A stretch of 62,581 nt of DNA, the filler included, from Syncephalis fuscata S228 (lineage: Eukaryota > Fungi > Zoopagomycota), in NCBI GenBank assembly GCA_025786725.1. It is 4 parts of 4 records of this genome, joined end to end, with 100 filler letters (N's around TTAATTAATTAA, not from the genome) between each part and the next. Parts side by side here need not be neighbours in the genome. Positions count along the whole stretch, not along the records: positions 49,411 to 62,581 come from JAHLTZ010000251.1; 3 more parts are not named here. The stretch is one strand, 5' to 3'. The position numbers and the translations under genes are program-made. Of the stretch, positions 51,182 to 62,581 are shown piece by piece (within the stretch, counting starts at the first letter, position 1; every line of letters starts with the position of its first letter). Below the pieces are notes generated by a model. That model searched no databases, was not told the origin of the DNA, and was given only the letters and a program-made list of their open reading frames with translations.

Positions 51182-53023
51182 TTACAATTTTGCCAATGGT
51201 TTGGCGTTGGCTTGATTGCGAAGCAATTTACGCAAAATTTTTCCTGCTGCCGACCGTGGAACTACATCGATAAATTCGACACCGCCTCGTAGCTGTTTGT
51301 GCGGTGCAACACGTTGCGCCACATATTCGGTTACCTCATGTATCGTAATGCTATCTCGATGAGTCTCCTTAATAGCAATGTACGCTCGCGGTAGCTCGGT
51401 TGCTAGTTCCTCGCTAGTGACCGGGATGACCGCCGCATCGGCAATTGCTTCATGGGTCTGCAGGATGGCCTCGAGCTCGGCTGGTGCCACTTGATATCCT
51501 TTGTATTTAATCAGCTCCTTTTTGCGGTCTACGACAAAAAAGTCGCCGTCTTCATTGATCTGGACCACGTCGCCGGTATAGAGAAATCCATCAGCATCGA
51601 TCATATCTGATGTGGCATTTGGATTGTTTAAGTAGCCTTTCATCACGTTTGGCCCTTGGACGCAAAGTTCTCCGGGGCTGTCGTCAAGTACTTCTGTAGA
51701 ATGATAACAAAACAATGGCATTAATAAAGTGTTTTGTCGTTACTGTCTATTTGCTGCGTCACTTACCATTGCCGTACTCGTCCACTATCTTGGCTACCAT
51801 GTTAGGCAGCAATCTACCCACACTGCCGTCCGTAACATGGTTTGCATTTTGAACAAGAATGATTGGCGATGTTTCACTCATGCCATATGCTTGTCTGACA
51901 ATGACATTGAGTCGGTTTTTGACTGCAGCCGCTAGATCAGAACCCAGTGGAGCGGCGCCACTAATTACTTCGCGTAAGCTTGTTAGGTCGTACTTGTCCA
52001 CAAGCGGGTCCTTTGCTAGCCCCAAACAAACTGGTGGAGCCACATAAGCAAGTGTAATTTTGTATCTCTCAACAAGCTTTAAAAATTCCTCAAGTTGGAA
52101 ACGACGCATCACAACAACAGGAGCACGTCTGTTGATGGAGACATGAACCAATACTGTAAGTCCGTAAATGTGGTAGAAAGGTAGAAATCCTGCCAGTACA
52201 TCATCTGAGGCAAGCTGCTTCCAGTGTTCGCTTTCGAACGCCGAATATTGGCACACATTCGCCAAAATGTTTTTGTGTGTCAACTCAACGCCTTTTGGTC
52301 GACCTACAATACGTGTTAGATGGCATTACAATAAATATTTATTCCAATAGCCTTACCTGTCGTGCCTGAGGAATAGCACAAATAAGCTGTTTGCTTCGAA
52401 GCTTCTGATGGTGCAATATAAACAGGCGCAGCTTCAGAGGCGGTCGCCAATAAAGAGTGCAACGTTTGATGTCCTTGATACGGTGCTAAGCGACCAGGGC
52501 CCTCAAGTATACCACTAACGATGATGTGTTGGTGTGAAATGCCTACTTGGTCGGCCGCCTTTTTGGCAATGTCGAGCACAGAGTAATCGGCCACTATGAA
52601 TGATGCAAACGAGTCCTTTAGCTGGAAAGCAAACTCATCAGCAGTGGACGATGCGCTGACTGTCGTCACAGCAAGACCTGCTGCCAGGGTACCAAATGCC
52701 GCCACGGGATAATCAATCTACAGTAATAAATGTTTTAATTTAATTTAGCGTATTGTCGATGAATTAATTAATGTTGCTATTACCGAGTTGGGCGAAAATA
52801 GCGCTAGAACCTGGCCATGCTGCACATGAAAATGTTCCTTAAGCGCACCAGCAAATCGTCTTGTTAGATGGCGTAGATCACTGAACGAATAGCTGATCCC
52901 GGTGGTGCCATCAATAAACAACGGTGTATTTTTAACAACTGAGCTGCTCGGCTGTTCAAACAAAAATTGATAGATACTTTGATCGGGGATGTACGCATCT
53001 GGGACGGGAGAACGGTAGACCAT
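51182..53023 (-). CDS. 4-coumarate-CoA-ligase-like AMP-dependent acyl-CoA synthetase, peroxisomal, 4 exons
   Basis: YSSGTTG/RPKGV, LPFYHIYG, QAYGMSE, GELCVQGPNVMKGY, TGD, DRKKELIKYKGYQVAPAELE and GKILRK motifs; C-terminal AKL (PTS1). Confidence 0.93.
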
Positions 53024-54279
53024 GGTAGTAGCTAGTGTTGCAGCTGTATTAAACAAAGGATTCGAAAAATAAGACTTGGAAATTGCGCACAGGATCGTAA
53101 AGACGTACGAGTTGTCACAGTAACCACATTATATAGGCTTTGTGTATCCTATTGTTTGGATTGCGTGCTCAATGAGCAAGAAAATTGAGGTACCGCCTCA
53201 TGAGCAATTCACATAACTACTAAATCCCCAACATCTGCATGTCATACAAGCACAAATGATACTTTCAATTAGTCTGTGCTTATTCGTGAGAAGTTTGTCG
53301 GATATAGCCAGTAATTATCCCGGACGCTATATCCACACAAGTGCACGAATCCAATGAATACTATCCGCGCGTATTCCCCCTTTGATTCCCATCTGGGTCG
53401 AATTTCTAGAAACGACAGCTTTGCAATGCATACTTGTCGCTATTACCTTTGTAAATCCCCACATACATGTTGATCTTCTCATACACTGCACATGATGAAG
53501 CTGGAAACTGTTTCAGCGTAAACAACAGTCTAACTCGATTATATTTCATGCTAGCCATTTGTAATTATCCGTTTCAACCTATCCCATGGCCTTCAAGCCT
53601 TAAATTATTAATAGTACTAGCATCTTTATGCAGACTTGGAACCAGCCTGTTACAAAAAGCATTGCCCATGCTAATATGGGTAATTACGTTTACACTGTGC
53701 GCTAGCCGTTTGCTGGTATGTTTTACATGCGCGGTAACTCGTCTCCTGCAACATTATAACACTGATGCGTGTATAAGTGTCGTTTCAACAATGCTTTATT
53801 ATTATAACAAACAATATAGCTCTTATACCATTATTAGCTGGTATAAACAAGTATCAGTAATACAATTGGTTTTTCTCGTTTAATTATTATTATTATTAGC
53901 ATAGCTGTGTTTCAATCCATCCAACCGTTATTAGCGGCTATTGTTTCGCCGACTAGTGGCATTTCTGCTCTATTGTTGCCAATCAGCAAACGGTATTCAT
54001 TTTTAGCTTACCCCTTTGTGCTCCTTACCATCATTGTGCACATCCCTGCATCTTAGCATGATTATTCTATATTTGCCACTATTGTGATGCTTTGGTTGTT
54101 GCGATAACGCGTGGCCTTCAAGCCTGATCTCTAGCCGATATACAAAAGGTGGCAACTTTGGCCTGGCCCATAAAAGCCAAAATTAGTTACCATTAGTGTC
54201 CACATTCTTTTTACTCCATTTTGCTACTGCTTGTTGCTGATTGGCTGTCATTACGCCAACCTAAAGCACACAATCATCC

Positions 54280-56646
54280 ATGGATTCCATCATTACTCCA
54301 AATTCGTCTAGTGCTGGTAACGGGCTGAATGAATTAAACAGCGGCAGTTACCCAAAAACTGAATCAGGGCCAGCAACCAAACGCAAGACTGATAACAATA
54401 AAATTAAATCTACTGATACTAATCCACACAACAATAGTCCTGAATTTGATGCGTTTATGCTGGAATTACAATCTATACCAGCTGCTCGTCTTGCCGGAGA
54501 CCATATCGATGCAGGCCCTTACAGCCTGATTCTGGGCCGTTTTCTTGGACGTGGTGCTTATGGTGAGGTATATCGAGCACAATGTCTGAAAACCAACCAA
54601 AAATTTGCCGTAAAAGCCATGAAAGCCAGTGTACTGACCCCTGGCGTAAGACGCCAAGTAGAAAGGGAGGTAGACCTTCAGAGACGATGTGCTGGTCATC
54701 CCGGAGTATTAAAGGCTTATGGCTTAATTATTGTTCCTGATCTACCAATCTATCGAACTAATACTCCGCAAAAAAGCGTAAATTCCCTTTCCCCTCCTAT
54801 TTCACCATACCAGCCGGCAGCTCAGTCGATATCATCATCCTTATTTACAAATAGTTCAAATCTGTTTCCCACCTATACTTCAACTAGCGCTTCAGCCCCA
54901 AGTGGTTGGTACATATTGCTGGAGTATTGTGAGGGTGGCGATTTATTTGGATATATTACACGCAGTACTATTGATTCAAAAAACGACAAAGAAAACCTGC
55001 AGCAAGATTTTGCCGAAGATATAATATCAGATACGACATCGAAAAAAATATTTATTTCTGTGCTAAAAGCAGTTCAATGGTGCCATTTACAAGGCGTAGC
55101 TCATCGTGATCTTAAACCAGAGAATATTTTATTAAAACGCCGACGCCAATTATCAGCACCAACCAAGAAGGCAGTCACAAGTAGATCATTTGATTTAAAG
55201 CGTAAACCCAACGCGAATCACTGGAATGGCGATTCGGACGATGAACTAGACCAGACATTTAATATCGATGATTGGGACGTTAAACTGGCCGATTTTGGAC
55301 TAGCTACAGATTATGAATTCTCAAGCGAATTTGGCTGCGGATCTGTATTTTACATGAGCCCTGGTAAGAAAATAGAATAAACATAAACCTGCTGAACTAA
55401 TTTACATGAACTTATAGAATGTCACCCAAACTCAAGCAGACAGCCGTATATAACACAGAGTTGTGATGTATGGTCTACTGGTATATTACTGATCAATCTA
55501 CTTCGCCAAGTTAATCCCTGGCGACGCGCACATGTGTGTGATGCTGGTTACAGATACTATGTAGCACGGCCACGAAAGGGCCTACGCCAATTAACAGGTA
55601 TACAACTTAGTGTGAATGATATACTTGTACGCGCACTACATCCAGATCCAGCATGCCGTTGCACCATCGATGAACTGATTATGCTGACCCAGGACACATG
55701 GATTCCACAATTAGTTCCATATGATTCTTTTTCACAATCAGATACCAAAAAGCAACAATCCAACTTTTCTTCTGCCTCAGTAAAACAAGCTACTAATGAT
55801 CATCGAGCAATAAATGGTAAAAATACAGGCCAGTTTTACCAGACAGAATTAAAGCAGTCTAGCTATAAACATCCAAACAGCGCAGGGCATAATATACCTG
55901 CTGTTGAAAATACTTCACTTTTGACTAGTGACACTGAAGTAAATAATACATCGAAAAAATGCGTTACTGCATTGGCTGGCACCGGTAAGACCCGTGATCG
56001 ATATGTCGATACGTCGGTCAATAAACAAAACGTATTCCAATATACTTCTTCAGCACAAGTACCCGCACCACAAACCACATTTCACAATCCTCATTGCGGA
56101 CAGACAATGCAGTTGGAACAAGTTTGCCGTTTATCAGATATTAGTGAAATATCTCACGAGTCATCCTCTAATTTTGCAGTTACTCAGGCATTGCCATACA
56201 GTCGACCATACGCGCCAGAAAGTCTAGTTCCTTCGAAAATACCGACTCACGTAATAATGGATGGACAAAACTTTATTGATACACAAGGGCCTTTGGCTAG
56301 CTTGCCATCTAAAAATACGCCTTATCGTAACATTTGTTCGGATAGAATACCGATCGAATACAAATCATTCAATGCATCCAAAGTTGCACCAAGGAAATCC
56401 AAGCTACCTTTTTTTAAGCACGGTGCCGTTAACGATATATCAATGGAAACAGAAAAGTCCATGATAACATGTAGAACAATGGCAATGGCACCATTAATTA
56501 ATCGGAAAGCATCAAATAATGCATCTCTTGCTTCTCGATTTTTATCTCCTGTAACTATGCTGCGCCGTGTATTTGGAAACCAAAAAAGATCCAATAGTAT
56601 AAAAGAAACTGCACAAAATGAGATTTCTTTGAAATACATCGGTTAG
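54280..56646 (+). CDS. Ser/Thr protein kinase, Ran1/Pat1/Sks1-like, with a long C-terminal tail; intron 55364-55417
   Basis: LGRGAYGEV, AVK, HRDLKPENIL, DFGLAT, EFGCGSVFYMSP/EC and DVWSTGILLINL..NPW. Confidence 0.9.
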
Positions 56647-57321
56647 TATAATTATACTAAACTAACTACACTTTCACTAATTTATATAATTACACTCCAG
56701 AACACTCTCACCCACGTATAGCTTCAATTCATAGAAAAGAAGACGGTAGGACAAAAAACAGCATTTCAGCCAATGTTCCAAGTTCCAAGAAACTATCTAA
56801 ACAACAAGCTGCTATGACTAACTCCAACGTATCAACTTATAAATCTCAACAAGCTCCAAATTATCTTATAAAAAGTCGAGGAGGATACGCCTACCACCAA
56901 TAATAGCTAAATTAAATCTAAAGCCCATACCTTCTACTGTAACTAGAATAATAATACATATTACCAATATTTATTAATATTCAAACCTTTTGGCTGATAG
57001 TATACTAAGTTTTCGGGTACTACAAAAAATGGGATTTAAATCAAAATCTACTGGCTGTTCATTTATTAATCAAATATCAAGCCATCTTTTACATTAATGT
57101 ATAATAGTTTGTTGTAGTATAAGCCAAGAGTTTAAACAATATAAGAATAAATAGTATACTATATGAGCAGTAAAAACTAAGCAACTATTTACTGGCTAAA
57201 GCTTGTAAAATAACTAAAATCATTAAGGAAGCACACTACTTAAAATAGACAATCATCTATTATTAATTTAAAGTTATTACATTTATATTTAACAATCTAT
57301 TAATAATTTAATATGATCTGG

Positions 57322-57560
57322 AGGTCAAATGACTACAATTAATAACATCCAATCTATTGAACATGATGGTGGGCGGTAAGTGACATCAATCATCGAATGC
57401 TGTTTAGTGTAGATGTATTATCCAATATGCATATATCCACCATCTACTTATATCATTCCCATTCTGCCCCACGCTACTATATAGCATTCTATGACATATT
57501 GAATACATTCTATTCGTTATATACATCAGCACACTTTGCTCATTACCCCCATTACGCTAT
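57322..57560 (-). repeat. Diverged copy of the dispersed repeat also seen at 33105-33320 and in the large inverted repeats
   Basis: GGTCAAATGACTA..AATAACATCCAATCTATTGAACATGATGGTGGGCGGTAAGTGAC matches the sequence from 43399 onward. Confidence 0.75.
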
Positions 57561-58478
57561 ATATACTATGACTTCAACATATTTATTCATACCTTGCTCA
57601 TCGTTACTTTATTTTACTTTATACCATTATATATTATAATAACCACGCTTTTATTTGTGACAATTGCCTACACGTTTTAGCTATGTTCGTTGCAAGTTTA
57701 ACTTTGCTCTGTTACTCATTAAACATAACTACACATAATGGCAAACTCTTTACTTATCATACTTTTTTATTTCACGTCAATCTTAAAGTATTGTAGTAAT
57801 ATGGAATGGGTTAGTGATTAATTAGTACTATTTACCATGGCTAGATTGCACTTTGAGTTTTCTAAAAAAATTGTTTCAATGAAAGCCATGCTGCTATGTA
57901 TAACATAACTATATTGCTTAAATAAAAAATGTGACCTATTATTTGATTTCATTAAAACATTTGAGGTCGATTATTATTGTTGTTGGCCATGTGTAGAAAG
58001 ATTGATTGAATATTAATAGAAGCCATGTGATTACGATTCCATATCGTTCTGTATTTGTTGTTGTTGCATCTATGTACAACATGGATTATTGCATCTAAAT
58101 AATCTCTTTTATTTTCTAATATTCTACTATTATATTTTGGGCATATTTGTGATGTAAGATCAAGATTAATATAATTATTATAAAAGTTGTTTATTAAACA
58201 GCTACTTTTCCTATAGCCAATCTGACTAAATAAATGGCATTTGAACAATCAATATTATAATAAATAAAATTGATTAAAATACAACAAACGCTGGTTAGGA
58301 ACTTAATACATATATGTGTTAAAAGAATATATAATTTATTGTAGAAAGATCATTGATAGGACTAGCTATGGTGTGATGTAAAAGCATCAGTGTTTACAAC
58401 AAAACAATGGCTAACTGCTATGTTTAAATATTGCTACAATATAATGCAATTCTTAATAGGTTAATCCATACCAATTGA

Positions 58479-59792
58479 TTAATTAAAAATAGACTCAGGA
58501 ATTGACAATAATGCAGTCAGTGTCATTAGTGTACCGACTATCGTCATCGGAATGATATTTCGAATCAACTGACGACGCTGAAGCCGGCGTACTAAAGAGG
58601 ACCGCACAACGCCTTTATAAGTATTGTAGGGCATTTTTCCAAAAGATGTGCCTTGTTCAAGACTTGCAATTGGATGTACTTGTTGGTCACGTTTCCAAAA
58701 CATCCAGCCGCACTCAGGTGGGTCATTACTAATGGGTATGTCGGCGTACGAGTCGACGTATTCAAGTGATGGTAAGCGTGTCGTGGCGGATGAAAGTCTA
58801 TGAATACTACCAGAGTATTTAGTTTCACCATCGAGACTAATTTTTGCTTCAGCAGGCGATGAAGGTCGATTAGCTTCATCTGCTATTGACTTTTCTTCAT
58901 CAGATTCATTAACCTCTTGAACAGTTTCCAGAGTAGGGGAACATACAACCGATTCACGCTTTCTTAGATTCACGTCTTCCAGTGGTGATTTTTCAATCTC
59001 TTCCATAGGCTTTTTTGCAAAGCTGTTACGATATCCGGCCTCATCTCGAATACCTTTCAGATGGCGTATGGCACAGAGAGAAACACGCGACCCTGCCAAG
59101 GTAAATATGACATAAACTATAAGTGGCAAAAGAGCAAAACGAATCCAGCGTGACCATTCAAGCAACAGTCCACTTAGTGTGGCCATCAGTACCAATACTA
59201 TGCCAAATATACACCATGCATTGCGAACAGACACAGATCGTTTGTTTAGATTACGGCAAGAGACAGCCACGTAATTTGGCAGCGCTTCGGAGGCAAGTCG
59301 TCGTCGGCAGTGATCTGCCACGCTAGCGAATGCACTAGGGTGTGTTGTACGTCCAAGTAAGGTTAGACAGCTATCACGGATACCGAGTGGCATGCGAAGG
59401 TCCAAGGGCGCGCCTGGATTTAAGAACCGTAACTGGCAGAAATCAGCGGCACTACGGAATGGCTGCTTTCCTGGAGGTGATAGGCCATAACGTATACCAG
59501 GTATTGTCGGCTTTACCGCGCTCATTTCCACGCGATCTCCGCGAACTGCAGGACTACGTCGCTGAAGATCAAGCGACAGCCTAGAAAACCGGACAGTATA
59601 GTCTACCAGCCATTGAAGAAATTCAAGGCAATGTTCAAGGCTTTTGTCACTGTTGTCTTGCAAATACGTTTGAAAATCCTCTAAACTTAATGGCGCTTGA
59701 GTTGTTCCAACTGCTGCTGCATGATCCTCTGTTAGCAACACCTCAAGCAAAAGGCGGCACTCATGGTTGGTTGGTGCGATGATTGGTGACAT
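58479..59792 (-). CDS. RGS-domain membrane protein (fungal Rax1-like)
   Basis: PLSLEDFQTYL..LEFLQWLVDY N-terminal RGS-like region, FLNPGAPLDL, two central hydrophobic helices and a C-terminal helix ending in IP; likely start MSPII. Confidence 0.75.
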   Translation of the reverse strand: MSPIIAPTNHECRLLLEVLLTEDHAAAVGTTQAPLSLEDFQTYLQDNSDKSLEHCLEFLQWLVDYTVRFSRLSLDLQRRSPAVRGDRVEMSAVKPTIPGIRYGLSPPGKQPFRSAADFCQLRFLNPGAPLDLRMPLGIRDSCLTLLGRTTHPSAFASVADHCRRRLASEALPNYVAVSCRNLNKRSVSVRNAWCIFGIVLVLMATLSGLLLEWSRWIRFALLPLIVYVIFTLAGSRVSLCAIRHLKGIRDEAGYRNSFAKKPMEEIEKSPLEDVNLRKRESVVCSPTLETVQEVNESDEEKSIADEANRPSSPAEAKISLDGETKYSGSIHRLSSATTRLPSLEYVDSYADIPISNDPPECGWMFWKRDQQVHPIASLEQGTSFGKMPYNTYKGVVRSSLVRRLQRRQLIRNIIPMTIVGTLMTLTALLSIPESIFN

Positions 59793-61022
59793 TGTTAAAG
59801 TATGAATACAAATGCAATTATATACTATAAACAAATTGCTACTGAAATAGTCGTGACTGTTTTATCAATGGAATAAACGTTAATATAGTATTGAATAACG
59901 AATGATATAAACAATGAGCTCAATGGAATAATATAAACGGGCCGGCCCTTTATATTTGGCGAGATAAATACGAAAATACAGCACTTGGTCTGAGATAGGT
60001 ACAGGCTTTCAACAAAGAGACACTAGCAGCTGCTAATGGCTGTAGTGACCAAGTAGCAAGTAAAGAATGAGCTTCAAATGATAAGGAGAAGATTCAAAGT
60101 GCCAGCACTATTGCTAATGAATGGTAGAGAGAGAACGAAGTAGAGAACCAAGGTAACGAACATTTGGATGATAAGCTATGCTTGCTTAAAAGTATCCATA
60201 CGTGTGCCTGTACGGCTGAAACGCCCCTAAAGCATGCATATTCATGCTGCAGTTTATGAATTGGCATGCTGTTTCTACTCACATGATATAAACATGCTAG
60301 TTACACGAACCATCACAAGCCGGTTTAACAGCATGAATTTATTTCTTAGTTTACGCTAATAGTGTGAAGACAAAAGATAATAGCATGCTTACTGACGAGG
60401 CGATAGTAATACTGGTAATGAATGTGTTTGTTGTTAATGTAGGTGTACAGTTATTTAATTAACAATAATATAATCAAATTTGCGAGTTTGTAATAAGAAT
60501 AAGTAGCTGATTTATGTTCAGGGTAGAGTATATGTGTGTACACAGTCTAGTGTTAAAGATAGTTGAACAGCAAGCAATAGAATGGAAGAACACAATAGAC
60601 ATGTGTGGTAAGTATATGATTGAATCGGATATAAAGTAGATGGATATAGATGGCAGTAATGATGTACAATGAATGAACAGCCAATATTAGCAATCAATGT
60701 AAACCAATGCAAATATGCAATACAGCAATAATGGCAATACTATAGAAGTGATAGTGCTGAAGTACAAATGGTCAATAGAATAGCAGTATATTAATGATAC
60801 GTTGAAATATAACAATAGAAATACAACAATGCTAGTAGTGTCTGAATTAAATATAGTGTAGCAAAGAATGGGGGTCAAATGACAAAATCAAAATCAAATA
60901 AGAATTAAATATTTTAATCAAATTTTGATCAAATTTTTTAATAATTTTTTTAAAACCAAACACGTGCATTACGGTTTTAAATTTGCCTTGTATATGTTAG
61001 AACGGACTACCAAATATCCCGA

Positions 61023-61095
61023 GGGCGCATGGCCAAATGGATAAGGCGCCTGACTACGGATCAGGAGATTCCAGGTTCGAGTCCTGGTGTGCTCG
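61023..61095 (+). tRNA. tRNA-Arg (ACG)
   Basis: GGGCGCATGGCCAAATGGATAAGGCGCCTGACTACGGATCAGGAGATTCCAGGTTCGAGTCCTGGTGTGCTCG cloverleaf; T5 terminator follows. Confidence 0.96.
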
Positions 61096-62581
61096 GGCTC
61101 TTTTTGCTGCGTTTTTACGTACTACAGATGACATATAGCGTCATCTGCTTCTTTTTGCAACTGTGAAGCATCTTACAATGTTTTATTCATATTTTTTAGC
61201 TTCCATTGTATCAGCCAGCTCTCACAGTACTGTTTTATGCCATAGTATACCCACAAAATGGTATATAATTGTAGCATACTTTAATGTTATCATCCAAATC
61301 ATGTTGATTGAATGTGATTTAAATAATCAAACGTTATGCAAATCAATATACAGATTAATGATATTTTGAATTAAAGCAATGCTTTATTTAGTTGGCTAAT
61401 AGATGTCGAGCTATTTATACACTAATCTGTCTCTTGATGTAATATTAATAATAGTAATGCTGTAATAGCTCTGCGTATCATATGGTGTTAATTGTAATGT
61501 GTTTGATGTATCTAAAAATATCATTACCAACATATCTCTGTTTAATAAATAGCAAAACTATCATAGTACAACAAATGTAAATGTCATACTAATAGCAGCA
61601 ACTAATATCGATACGACATATTATTATTATTACGCTTATCAGTGTTTGTTACAATACATCGTCGTAGTCCTATAAGTCAGCGATATGACGCACAATAAAT
61701 ATAACAAATATTAGCTTGCACCTACATACAATAGTATGATTGCCGGTCTTTTATCTTTAAAAGTACTGAAAGTAAGTATAATATGTTATGTTCTTTATTT
61801 TGTGTTACAAAGCGTGCTAATAGTGTATTTGAATTGCTATTTGTAAAATAATTCCACTTACATCATATTCTGATTTGTTTATTTTACTATTCATAAGTGC
61901 ATCGTTTTACAACGAGTTCATTCATTTTTTTAGCGCTCCCTACACCAGGTAGACTCTAAAGTACTGTTTTATACTACAAGCTATCCATAAGTGTTATGCA
62001 TTTTCTTTCTATTCTAAGCTAAATGTTATACAATGTTGCTGATCAGTGCTTATTAATTTTGTTAATATGATTTATACTAGTAATAATTCAACCTTACACA
62101 CAATTTAAAGTTTTTTCGCTGTAACACTGCCAAATTTAATAATATTTACACATTTGAACTATGTATTCATTCTACTGAAGAAGAGACCGGGCGGCGAGTT
62201 ATGTCGATCATCGAGTCTATCATATGATAAATTTATTGTTGTGATTATTTTATATAAATATATATCGTAAATACCGCCATATCGTTACATTCTCGCAGTA
62301 TTGCAATATTAATACTTGTATTTTTTTATTTTCAACTTTCTACAGTCCCATGCCAACCTATTTGGTGTTGACTAGTTCAGCAAATAATTGACATAAATGA
62401 CCAGCCAAATGCATACTTTTAATAAGAAATAGGTCTATGTATACCTATATTGCTTGTTTTATCCGCGTATATGACTCAATAAATGAATAATATTTTTTGT
62501 TGAGCTGGGCACAAACGGATAGCGGCTATGAATAGTAAGTGGCTACTACAAAATAAATGACATAGAGTAGGACAAATAACA

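Overview
AT-rich, intron-rich eukaryotic DNA, fungal by its genes. An early-diverging (zygomycete-grade) fungus is my inference. It is a scaffold with three 100-nt artificial gap spacers (N-TTAATTAATTAA-N). Ordinary genes: CLF1/crooked-neck, mitochondrial uS14, TIM44, actin, a peroxisomal 4CL-like acyl-CoA ligase, a Ran1/Sks1-like kinase, an RGS-domain membrane protein, tRNA-Ile(AAT), tRNA-Arg(ACG) and a 5S rRNA. There are also several secreted-protein genes (two repeat proteins, a ricin-B lectin, a frameshifted subtilisin). The outstanding feature is at 18292-21644, invisible in the ORF track. What looks like a 3-kb AT-rich satellite reads as a 38-exon gene. A signal/pro-peptide exon is followed by 36 micro-exons (35 of 3 nt, one of 6 nt), each flanked by a TAG acceptor and a GT(A/G)RG donor and separated by tandemly duplicated introns. 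Splicing them gives a stop-free 70-aa precursor. Its predicted 39-aa mature peptide, DAIEDCRRGRAACFKKCAYYFSLRSCNAECDSYWRICRP, has a symmetric C-x6-C-x3-C-x8-C-x3-C-x6-C pattern, with essentially one intron per codon. One intron carries a tRNA-derived SINE with a 15-bp TSD. Also notable: a 5S rRNA-tRNA tandem with a 7-nt spacer, a 6.4-kb element with ~2-kb inverted repeats around a zinc-finger gene, and a foldback/MITE-like element.
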